A stretch of 64,000 nucleotides of DNA, from contig QPMI01000275.1 in NCBI GenBank assembly GCA_004431415.1, forward strand, positions 1-64,000, written 5' to 3'. The stretch is from Cyanophora paradoxa CCMP329 (lineage: Eukaryota > Plantae > Glaucophyta). The translations under genes and the position numbers were made by a program. The notes beneath the pieces were generated by a model. It saw only the letters and a program-made list of their open reading frames with translations, was not told where the DNA came from and searched no databases. Numbering within the stretch: position 1 is the stretch's first letter; the number at the start of each line of letters is the position of its first letter. This document shows, one piece after another, positions 1-10,900 of the stretch.

Positions 1-3000
1 GCGCACGGTTGAGGTCGCAGTCGTGAGGTCGAGGCGGCGCTCGATGCCGTCCGCCGCGTCCGCCTCCATCGCCAGGATCAGCTGCTTGGCGCCCTCCGGC
101 CCGCTGCGCGACGGCCGCCGTGAGGACAAGGGGGGAGGGAGGGGGGGAGGGGGGGGGGGACGGGGCATTTCTGCTCTAGATTGGATGCTTCTGATCTATG
201 CTGTACTTGTACGGGCCCGGAGAAGGCGCCGGGGGCTCACATGGGGTTCGCCGCGAGGTTGAGCTCCACCAGCGACTCGTTCGCCTGCTTGTTCGCCTGA
301 GGGAGAGAGGCGCGAGCCGAAGAGGCTCGGAGAGGCGGCGCTGGCGCACGGCGAAGGCGTGGCGGAGGCGGCGCAGGAGCGGCCCTGGAGCCTGCCGGCA
401 GCGCGAGGCCCCCAGGATCAGGAAGCGTTGAGAGGAAGAGAGCTTAGATAAGGATTCAGATCGAGAGAGGAGCTTAGAATGAGGATTAGTTTAGAGAAGG
501 AGCTTGGGGTTGGGGCGCCTGTTGTGGAGAGGTCGAGGACTGAAGGCCTCGTTGTCGCGGAGGCGGGCCAGGGCCTGGCCTCCACGTCCGAGAGCCCGTT
601 CCACGCCAGGTTCAGCGAGGTTAAGCCCTCGTTGCTGCCGAGCGACCTGTGTAGGGTGAGGAGAGGAGAGGAGGGAGGTGTGGAGAGGGATAGGATGGGG
701 CCACGCGAGGAGGGCGGCGGCGAGATGGCCTAAGTGGCTTAGGTGTGGCTTAGAGAAGAGTTGAGAGGGCGGGGCGGGGGCGGGGGCGGGGGCGGGGCGA
801 GGGGGCGGGCGCACGCGAGGAGGGCGGCGGCGGCGCGGCGCGGATCTTGTTCCAGGAGAGGTCCAGCTCCTGGAGGGTCCCGTTCTGCAGCAGGGCCCGC
901 GCCAGCGCCAGCGCCCCCGTCTCGTTCACCCTGCCAGAGTGAGGCGGGCCGGCGCCGATCGCGAGGCGGCGGCGACGGCGGCGGCGGGGATGGATGACTG
1001 GCGCTGGAAAAGAGGCAGAACCGGAGGTTCTAGGGGACCCAAAGGTTCTAGGTTCTAGGAGCTCAGAGGATGGCCTGGAGCGGGACGGGCGCCCTAGACG
1101 CGTACAGGCCGACCGCGCGGCGCGCGGGGGCGTGCGGGCGGGCGCACTGGTTGCGGAGAGGTCGAGGGCCGTGAGGACGTGTTGGCGTAGAGGCCCCGCA
1201 CAGCGTCCGCACCGCCGCCCCGTCAGCTGCCCCCGCCCCCGTCAGCCTCTACGGAATGGAAGGAAGGAAGAAAGAATCCGCGTGTGGAATGTATGCGCAG
1301 AAGCCGGCGCCGGCACGCCCTCGCGCGCGTTCTCGATGGAATGGAGGCCTAGGAAGGGCCCCAATGAATGTGGATGGAGGCGGGGAAATAGGTCCTTCGC
1401 GGGTGTGGCGGGCGCCAGCTAGGCGAGCCGCGTGGAAGGCGCGTGTGGGAGCTAGCTTGAGCTTAAGAGGGTGGGAAGCTGCCTTGTTCTCGGTGAGCTT
1501 GAGGGTGGCGAGGCGGCAGCCGGGTGGAGAGGCGGCGGCGAGGGCGCCGCAGCCCTCCGTCCCAGCTGGTTCGACGAGAGGTCCAGCACCGGATGTGCGG
1601 GTTCACCCGCAGCGCCTGCGCCGGCTCCCTCGCTAGATGGCTGGAGACGGGCCGAGAGGCGGGGTGGGCGGGTTCTTCAGGAGCGACGCCTCAGGGTTGC
1701 GGGCGGGCGGGCGGGGGCGGACGCGACGGCCTCACGGGCGGTGCTCTAGAGACGCCCTCGGCACGCTCAGGGCGGGGCGGAGCGGGGAGGCGGGCGGAGG
1801 GGCCTCCTCTAGGGCCCCCTTCTAGGGGCGGGGCGGGGGCGGGACCCGATGGCCCGGGCACTTCTTTCAATGTTCTAGAGACGCCTCGGCATGCCTAGGC
1901 GGGTCGGGCCGGGGGCGGGGGCGTGCCTCTGCGATGGCGACGGAGCCCTCGGTGCCGATGCGGTTCTCCCGCAGCCGCAGCTCCTCCACCTGCCGGGGGC
2001 CAAGGCCAGGGCCAGGGCCGCCGTCAGCCAACGACGAACAAGCGTCCTAATGACTTATTGGTTTATCATCAACCTTGGCGGCGCCGTCCTTTATCAAAAG
2101 GGTTCGTAAAAGGGCTCCCATTGACGCGGGGCCCCTGCAAGGCTGAGGCGCGGCGGACCTTTGCGGCGCCGTCCTGGACGCTGTGGCGACGGCGCGGGAC
2201 ATGGCGTCCCCAGCGAGAAGTGCGACAGGTCCAGCTGATCCGCGTCCTGCGGGGAGAGGGGGAGGCTGAGGCGCGCAGAGGGCACTCTCTTCTGGCGGGC
2301 CGGGGCACCTGCTGGCCGGCCGAGAGGGACGCCGGCGGGCTCGCCGTCCCGGGCTGCCCTGCGACCGCGCCCGCGCCCGCGGCGGCGACCGAGAGCGGGG
2401 CGAGGCCGCCGAGCCGCGCTCCAGGTTCACAGCGATCGCCATCGGCGTCAGCCGCATCTGAGGTGAGAGGTGAGAGGGCTGTCGATCTCTAAGGCTGTGA
2501 GAGGTCAGAGGCCGGGCGGGCGAGCCTCGGAGCACTTGTTGACGAAGCGGGCGGCGACGAGCTCGCCCGTCGTCTCCGCCCCGCCACCGCCTCCGCCAGC
2601 GCCGCCTCCTCCGACCGGCTAAGGGATGGTTAGGGGTACAGAGTTACGGGGGGGGGTGGAGCGCACGGTCCGGATGTTCGTCTGCAGGTCGCGGCTCTTC
2701 TGGTACAGCTTCGCGAACGCCTTCCGGTCCGGCGGCCGCAGCTGGCCCAGCTGCGCGTACCCCGCTGAGAGGGCGCCCGGGGGGAGGGGGGGGGTAGGAG
2801 GTGGAGGGGGGTACTACCTCGCTGCGGGAGGTGCTGAGGATGCTGCGGGTCGTGTGCTGTGCCCCATCGCCCTCGGCGCCTGCGAACGCAGCGGCTCGTT
2901 CCCCGACGGGGGGCGGGCGGGGGGGAGGTTGGAGGGAAAGGTACCGGAGGCGGTGCGGGAGAGGGAACGCAGCGTCCCGCCGCCGCCGCCGCCGCTGCAG

Positions 3001-3925
3001 AAGAGTGAGCAGAGGCGGGGGGGTACGGCGCAGGAGCGGGAAAGGGGGGGTACGGCGCCGGACCTCTCGCCGGAGCTGGAGTCGGAGTCCCACTGGGAGG
3101 GGGCGCTGGGCGGGCGCGCCCACGTCGCCGTGCGGCCGAGGGCGGGCCGGCTCCCCGATCGGCTCCCACCCAGCCCTGCGCGCGCCCCGGCGTCGGCCGC
3201 GCCGGCGGGGCGCGGCGCGGCTGCAGACGCACCGAAGCGGAAGCTCTGGCGCGTGCCGAGGCGGGCGAGGCGGCGCGGTGCGTCTGGCCCCGCCGGGCTC
3301 GTCCGGCCCGCCGTGCCGGCGCCGCCGCTTGTGCCGGTCCTTCCGCCGCGTCTTTGCCGGCGCCGCCGCGAGCGCCGCGGCCAGGTCCGCGTCATCGTCC
3401 CGCGCCTCCAGCGCCGCCTCCGCCGCGAGCTGCCGGTGCGTGCGGTCGCCCGGCGCGTTGAAGTAGCCGACGAAGGCCGCCCCGCCGAGCACGTCGTCCT
3501 TCGGGAGCCACTGCGGGAGCGCGGGGGCGCTGCGCGCGTGCGCGACGCTCGAGCCGTGCTGCCGCTGGAGCTCCTTGAGCCGCCGGTACGCGAAGAACTG
3601 GCTGCTCCGCAGCATGCTCTCCTCCAGCGCGGCCGCCGATTTGGACTGCGCATGCGCCCCGGCTCTTAAGGCACGCGGCGGAGGCGGGGCGAGCCGCTCG
3701 CAGCACAGCGCAGCGCACCTGCATGAGCGGAGGCGGGAGCGGCTCGGGCGGCTTCACCGATGCAGCCGCGCCGGTCACCGCGCGCTCGGGCAGCGCCGGC
3801 TTGGTGGGCGTCCAGTCGCGGAAGAGGAGCGCGGAGGAGGCAGGCTCCAGGTCGAGCGACAGGCCCACGCGCTTCTCGTGCCTCCGCCTCACCGCCGCCG
3901 GCGGGGATGCCGCACGGGCGGCCAT
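1..3925 (-). CDS. Multi-exon RNI-like leucine-rich-repeat protein (LRRC74/NLRC3-type repeats); 3' end runs off the left edge of the window
   Basis: Minus-strand exons encode typical RI-type LRRs: DQLDLSHFSLG (~2210-2240), VEELRLRENRIGTEG (~1945-1990), LQNGTLQELDLSWNKI (~845-890), SLGSNEGLTSLNLAWNGLSDVE (~580-645), NESLVELNLAANP (~243-280). Putative start MAARAASP at 3925. The exon chain is only partly resolved. Confidence 0.65.
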
Positions 3926-4202
3926 GCTGAGCTAAACCGGGACGCTGCCCGGCGGGCGCTCCCGATGGGCTAGGCGAACTATGCTGAGCTCTTAGCTAAT
4001 GGAAACAAGGCGCGGGCATGCCGGCGCGCCGCCGCCCTCGCAACCTCGTGCCGCTCGGCTGATCACCTGCCACTGCTACCCCAGATCCCAAGAGGCCTCG
4101 TTGCGTCTATCCCGATGCGCGGCTGCGGTCTCGCAAGTTCGGCTTCGAAATCGTAGTCGTACCCGGCCACAGCCGCTCCCCCCCTTAATCTCCTACGCTC
4201 TG

Positions 4203-5570
4203 ATGTCGTCGCCGGTGCGAGCTCGGCGCGCGTGAAAAGCGTGCGCTCACTGACACATCGCGCAGATGACCGAGTCGCAGGTCCATCCCCGGGCGCGCTT
4301 GACCTTTCCGCTTGGTCGACGCTCGAGCTCGACGCTCCCTTGCAATTGACCCCGCGCAGATGCGCCAGTTCGCGGGGGAGGAGAATGTGGAACGAGTGAA
4401 GGCTGGCATTCGCCAGACGCAGGACGCGGGCGCGCGGATCAAGGAGTCGGCTTTCGCCACCGCCCGCCGCGCCGGCGATCTTGCCACAGACGTCGCGCAA
4501 ACGGCCGCGACGTGCGCTCGGCGCGGACGCCTCTCGTTGTGCGCGGGGGCGCCCGGGCGAGGCCCGCATGCGCAGGAAGGCGGGCGAGGTCTCCCGCGGG
4601 CTGATCTCCGCTGCCAACGACCGCGCGAAGACGACCGCTGAGGGCGTCCGCAAAGGATTCCGCGAGGAGCTCGAGGCGCCGCCCAAGGAGGTGCGATCCG
4701 CTCCCTCGGCCCGCCGCCGAAGCTGATCGTGGCGTAGGGACGTGTCTGGGGCCTTGTACGTAAACGCGCGCGCCGGGCGTGCGCGTGTGCGCTCTCTTTC
4801 CGTCTCATTCGCGACGCGGCGCCAGGGCACGTCCGCGCTGGTCTGGCTTGGCGCGATCGGCCTGGCGGCCCTCCTCGCCCCGCTCCTCTTCGGCGGGCTC
4901 GCCGGTCCGCCCGCCCGCCCGCCCGCCTGCCCGCGCGCGTCTGCCCGAGTCGGAATCCGAGCCTTGCGCCTGCTTCTGTGCCTGCGCCCGCGCCTTCAGC
5001 CGCCTCCGTCTTCTTCTGGGGCCTGACCGGCATCACCGCCCTCGGCCTGGGTCCGCCCCCCCCGCCGGCTTCCCACGGCGGCCCGTACGCGCGCTGACCT
5101 TGCGCGCCCGCAGGGGCCGGCGCGCTCATCTTCGGCGCGGCGGCGCTGGCGGCCGGGCTCGCGCTCCCCGTCGCCACCGGAGGCGTCCTCTTCGCTGGCG
5201 TACCCATCGGCGGCGCCCTCCTCGCCTGGAGCGTCGCGAAGGTCCGTATCCCCCTCCATCTTCGCCCCTCGACGCCGGCGCCGCCCGCCCACGAGAGCGC
5301 AGAACGCGTACCGCCGCTTCTACGGGTACGAGTCGTTTCGCGACGAGTCGGACCGCTGAGCGCCCCACGCGCCGGCTCAGCGGCGCGGGCCGCGGCCGTC
5401 GCCGCGCCCCGCGGCAGCAGCCCCGGGAGCGCTGGCGCGGCGCCCTGCGCTCCGTCGCCCGCGCCCTCCACGGGCGCCTCTTCCCGCCGCCCGACGCCGA
5501 CGCCGACCCCGCGGCCTCGAGCTCCGCCCCTCTCTGCGCAACGCTGAACGGGCCGGAGCTGTCCTGGTGA
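4203..5570 (+). CDS. Hypothetical multi-exon protein with an amphipathic helical region and a hydrophobic segment
   Basis: GT..CAG-bounded exons read MSSP|MTESQ|MRQFAGEENVERVKAGIRQTQDAGARIKESAF...|AGEVSRGLISAANDRAKTTAEGVRKGFREELEAPPKE|GTSALVWLGAIGLAALLAPLLFGGLA. No family recognised; start and stop are uncertain. Confidence 0.4.
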
Positions 5571-6167
5571 CCGCTAAATTCAAATACACTGTACATTTAA
5601 TTTGGGCCTCTATTCTGAGCGATGGCTATGCCGAGCCTCGTGCAGAATTGCACGGCTGGCGCGCGCCGGCGCGCGCCGGCCGCGGCCAGCAGATCTAATC
5701 GCGGAGCCGGAACAGATCTTCTGCATGCTAGTCAGGGACATTCAGCTAGCCGCGGCGCTAACAGACTAGTACTAGTACTAGTGATCCGCCAAACCGGGCG
5801 GGCGATGTTCATGCACCTACCCCCCCGGGCTCGACCCCCCCCCACTTCGCTGCACACGTATACGTAACTCTCGTCATTGGCGACTTGAGCAACTTGAGCG
5901 CTTCGAGCTCAGAAACGCATGCACACGCACGCAATGCCACGCATATGCATGCGCACAGCGCGCAATCAGCGACGCACAAAAGCCTCAGCGGGAGGAGCCA
6001 GCTCACATTCGGATTCGCTCCATCTTCGCAGATCGAAGAAGCACAACTCAGCGCGTGCAGCACTCGACCCCGCCGAGATCTAGAACGCTTCTCTTGTCGA
6101 CCGCCTTAGCTTCCTTTTCTCAGCTTTGTGCCGCGTGCACCCTCGAGCTCAGCGTTCAAATACAACC

Positions 6168-7110
6168 ATGACCGGCGCAAAGGTCCTCGTTGTCTTCTAC
6201 TCCACTTACGGCCACCTCTGGAAGATGGCCGAGGTGCTTTGCTGCAGATCGAAGCGCGCGCGCGCTTGTGCGCGTAGCTAATCTGCAGCTGGCTATGCCC
6301 CGCACGTGCAGGCCGTTGCGGACGGAGCGCGGAAGGCCGGCGCCACCGTGACCCTGAAGCGAGTGCCGGAGACCCTGCCTAAGGAGGTCCTGGACAAGAT
6401 GGGCGCGACCGCCGCACAGCAGGCGTTCGCTCACATCCCCGTCGCCGATCCGAAGGAGCTCGACCAGTACGACGTGCGCATGCGCTTGTCAGCCATTCCC
6501 GGCCGCGTCGCTTTGCCCGACACGTGCAACCGCGCAGGCAATCATCATCGGCACTCCGACCCGCTTCGGTGCGTTCGCTCTCTCCAGAGACCAGCCCGGC
6601 TCCATATCTGAGTCTCTTCGCTTCGCAGGGAGCATGTGCGGGCAGATGCGCGCGTTCTGGGACGCCACCGGCGGGCTGGTGTGCACTGTGCAATACCCTC
6701 TGCCCGGTGCCCTCGAGCTCGCATCTCACCCCTCCCGTCTCGCAGTGGGCTTCGGGCGCTCTGGTCGGCAAGGTCGGCGGCGTGTTCGTTGGCACCGCGA
6801 CCCAGCACGGCGGCCAGGTGCGGCTTCCCGCCGCCCCCTCCTGCCCCCGCCCCGGCGAACGCCCCGGGCGCAGGAGTCGACGATCCTGTCGACGCACACG
6901 ACGCTGCTGCACCACGGCATGGTCATCGTCGGCCTGCCGTACGCCTTCACCGGCCAGATGGGCGTCGAGGAGGTCAAGGGCGGCTCCCCGTACGGCGCCT
7001 CGACGATCGCCGGCGGGCAGGGCGAGCGCCAGCCGTCGGCGGTCGAGCTCGACGGCGCCCGCTTCCAGGGCAAGCACACCGCCGAGATCGCCGCCAAGCT
7101 GCGCAAGTAG
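6168..7110 (+). CDS. wrbA: WrbA-family flavodoxin-like NAD(P)H:quinone oxidoreductase, 6 exons
   Basis: Spliced product: [22 protein letters not shown]|[23 protein letters not shown]...ELDQYD|[11 protein letters not shown]|[16 protein letters not shown]|[24 protein letters not shown]|[23 protein letters not shown]...[12 protein letters not shown]...[21 protein letters not shown]. WrbA motifs are present and there are five GT-AG introns. Confidence 0.95.
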
Positions 7111-7353
7111 AGCGGCACGCGACGGCCTCGCGAGCCTTAGCTTCATGTACTTACGTTATCGAGAAAAGCCAATTGCAACCCTTCCCGGCCCTGCTTTACC
7201 CCCTGGCATGTTTCGGATGTACTGCTTCGCACAGCTGCAGTGTTCGTCCATATTATTGTTATGAATAACGCAAATCAACCTTCAGAAATGCGCGGGGACG
7301 TGACCCGCCCGGCGCCCGGCCCCGCATGCACTTTAATTTACCGGCCCGGCCTA

Positions 7354-7408
7354 GGCGGCGATCTCAGCGGTGTGCTTGCCCTGGAAGCGGGCGCCGTCAA
7401 GCTCGACC
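7354..7408 (-). repeat. 55-bp inverted copy of the wrbA 3' coding end (7041-7095)
   Basis: The reverse complement of 7354-7408 matches 7041-7095 with 2 mismatches. Confidence 0.95.
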
Positions 7409-7424
7409 TTCGTTTTCTAAGAGT

Positions 7425-7594
7425 CTAGATCTCGCGCCAGGGACCCTAGGCCTGGTAAGCGCGGGCGCACGGCCGCGGGCGCATGCGCAGGCATATGCAT
7501 GCGCACGGGCCGGGCCGGGGGCAGTACTAGTGCGGGTGGCGATTTCGTCGGAAACAGATAGCCTTGCATATGGCTGGTCTATACCGGGCAACAT
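7425..7594 (-). pseudogene. 5' fragment of the small Zn-motif gene at 43502, truncated at a duplication breakpoint
   Basis: Reads MLPGIDQPYARLSVSDEIATRTS|GPWREI*, versus MLPGVDHPWLTVFDEIAARTAS|GPWRENTK... at 43502. Homology stops at ~7430. Confidence 0.7.
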
Positions 7595-7925
7595 CGACTC
7601 CGCGGGCTAGTTAATTCCCCTAACGCGATCCGCGCCCGCGGCCGCGGCCGGCCGCGGCCGGCGATCCCGGGCGCCCGCGGCGCGCGCGTACGGCCGCGGC
7701 AAAACATCACAAACAACGGCAAGCCAGCGGCCTTGGGGTCGATCTGCAGTCTGCGGCCTCGATCCGGTTCGGCTCCGCTCGGCACAGTTCCGGCAACCCG
7801 TACCCCCCGCCAGCCGCGAACCGCTTTTTTGTCCTCGAAATGAGCGCATCCCGCACCCGCCAGCGAGGCCGTCGTATGCGCCGCGTACCTGTGTTGCGAT
7901 GCTGCGCCCCGCACGCCCCGCTATC

Positions 7926-10900
7926 ATGGGGCGCCTCCGCCTGCTCCTCGCGCTCCTCGCGCTGCTCAGCCCGGCCCGAAGCGGTGAGCCCCTGGTGCTG
8001 TCCAGGTTTGGGCGTTCTCGATGGCTGACTCGCAGGGGCCGCAGCGTGCCCGCCGGCGAGCTCGGTCACGGCGCTGGGGCCGAACGCGGGAGAGGTGAGC
8101 CCGGGCTCGCTGCAGGCGGAACTGGCGGTGGCGCTCGGGGCGGACCTCGACGTCGAGTTCCGATTCCTCCCCCTCGACCCCAGCGTGCGCGCCCCGCGGC
8201 CCGCGGCAAGCCGCGAGGCCGCAGCTAACGCGGCGGGGCGGGCGGGGCGCGCAGGTGCCACTCGATGTGCACTTCGTGAGCGACCGGTCGAACGGGGGCG
8301 ACTGGGCGGGCGGCGGGGCGCTGGCGGGGCGCCTCGCGGCCGACTGGAGCGCCCTCGCGGCCGCCCACGGCGACCTGCGCTTCGGCCTCGCCGCCTGCGT
8401 GCGCCCGCCGCACGCCCGCCGCCGCACGCACGCGGCGCCGACGGCGGCGGCAGAGCGGAGCGGCGCTGGAGGCGGTGTTCGGCCTGCGGCCCTTCGGCGG
8501 GGCGGCGGAGGTGGCGCAGGCGGCCGCCGCCGTGGCGCCGGCGGCGGCCCGTGCAGCGCCGACCCCGCAGACGTCCTCAGGTGCCGCCCGGCGCCCGGCG
8601 CGGAGCAGTCTGCCGGCCGCCGCTGACGCCGCGCAGCGAGGCGGCGCGCGCGCCGTGGCGGGCGGGGCCCGCCGCCTCCTCGTCATCCGATTCGACGGCT
8701 TTCCCGGCGCGGTGCGGCCCGCCGGAGCCCGCCCGCGCGGCGCCTGGCCGTGCTGACCCCGCGGCAGGCCGGCGCGGCGGCGTGTGCGCGGCGCGGGGCG
8801 CGGCGGGGCGCTGCGGGGCGCGGCTGAGGGGCCGGGGCGCAGGGGCGGCGGGGGCGGAGGGGCTGCGGGCGCGGGCGTGTGGCCGGTGGTGCTGGCGGCG
8901 GGGCCGGGCGGGGCCGCCGCCGTGGGCTTCGGGTCGGCGGCGGGCCGCTGGAGGCGGCCGGCGAGGTGGGGCGCTGCTGGCGGCGGTGGCGGCCACGCGC
9001 GGCGCGCCCGGCGCCGGCGTCGCCGTCCGTGTCGCCAGTGATCCGCGCGGCATCGCCCTCGCCTCGCCGGCCCGTCCGCCGCCCCGCCCGCCCCGGGGCG
9101 CCGCCCTGACAGCGGCGGCAGGCGGGCGGGCGGCGGGGGCGGGCCGCTGGTGCTGGACGCGGCGCCGGCGGGGCGGCCTTCCGCGTGACGCTCGGCCTGC
9201 GGGGCGCGGCGCTCGGCGGCGCGCCGCCGCTGTGGGCCGCGGGGCCGCCCCCGCCGAGGCCCTCCTCGTCGTCGGCGGGCCCTTCGCCCCCAACGCCGTC
9301 CGCCCCCCGCGCCCCGCGCCCCGCGCCTTTAAGTGCGGCGGGCACAGACGGTGCGGGTGCGGGCGACGGCGGCGCTCGACACGAGCTGCAGCGAGGAGGC
9401 GGTGCCCCTGCGGCGCGGGGGCGCCCCGGGCGTCCCCGGCGTCTGCGAGCTTCCCCTCCGCAACTGGTGCGAGCGAGTCGGCTCCCATTGCACCCCAGCA
9501 ACCTAACCATATCCTTCTCTTCAGGTGCGTGGACGGCCGCTTCCAGCCGGCGATGGGGAACGTGCTCCTCGCGGCGGGCTGCCTGCGGGACAACAACACG
9601 GGGCTCACCTCCGCCGACAAGCGCTTCCTCCCCTCCGACGTGCGCTTTCTAACGCCGTCTTAATCTTAACGCTTTGGAGCTGAATCCTGAACGCCCCGAG
9701 CCTTGCGCTTCTGTTATATATCTTTACGCCGTGCGGGGCAGCTGGTCTTCTCTTCTACCCCGGGCGCCTTCTCGGGATCCATCGCCAAGGAGACAGGTGG
9801 GGCCCGAGCCGGCTAAGCCCCGCCCTCGTCGCCACCCGGCGGAATGCCGCCCGGCAGGCCCGCTCGACGTCTACAAGACGGCGTCGGTGTCGGGGTTCCC
9901 CCGCCTGGCGGTGGTCCGGACGGCGGGGACGGCGGCGGGGGCGGCCGGGTCGATGTTCTTCGCGCAGCGCGTCCCCTTCCGCCGCGGCTTCCAGGCCCGC
10001 CCGCCCGCCCGCCCGCCCGCCCGCCCGGGGCCGCGCCGGCGGCCTGACGGCGCGCGCGCAGGTCGTCTTCAACTACACAATGATCGCCGAGACCGTCTCC
10101 TCCGTGCGCCCGCCCGCCCCGCCCGCCTCCGCCCCGCGCAGCCGTGGCCGAGCGGGCGGCAGCCGACGAGCGGGACGCGGCGGATCGCACCGATGCCGGC
10201 GGACCTCTGCGCGGGGGTCGCCCTCGTGCTGCACGGCAACGCGGCGGCGGGCAGCTCGGGCCGGCGGGCCGGCGTCGGCTACGGCGGCGTGCCGCGGAGC
10301 GTGGCGGTGGAGCTCGACTGCGGGCGGGACGCGGCGGCCGGCGACCCCGACGCCAACCACGCGAGCGTGCACCTTAACGGCGACCCCGCCGAGGGCCCCG
10401 CCCTCGCCCGGGCCTCCTGGGAGCCGGCGCCGTACCCCGGCTTCCCGCTGCGGGCCGCCGCCTCGGGGGCGCCGGCCCTGCAGGACACGCCGGCGGGGGA
10501 CTACCCGGGGCCCCACGCCGGCGTCGCCGACGGCGCCCTCGTCGCCCCGTTCCGCTGGACCGTGCGCGCGTTCTCCTATTCGTCTCTTCTTTGTTATGAC
10601 CAGATATGACCGCCTTCTTCAGGTGCCTTTCTTCAACTGGATGCCGAACGAGGAAGTGCTCCTCGTGACGCAGAGCTTCACCCCTTTCCGATGCGGCTAC
10701 CAGCTCGCCGGCAACCAGGCCCGTTAGCCACCCCGCGGCCCTTGCTCGGGTTTCGTTCTTGGCGGCTGACGGGCGCGGGGCGCAGGTGGTGGTGACGTAC
10801 CACGCGGTGGGGGGCGTGCTGACGGTCGACTTCAACGGGCGGCGCCTCCTCGCCGCCCCCGTCGACCTTGAGGCCGCCCTCGGCTGTCCGCCCCCGCCCG

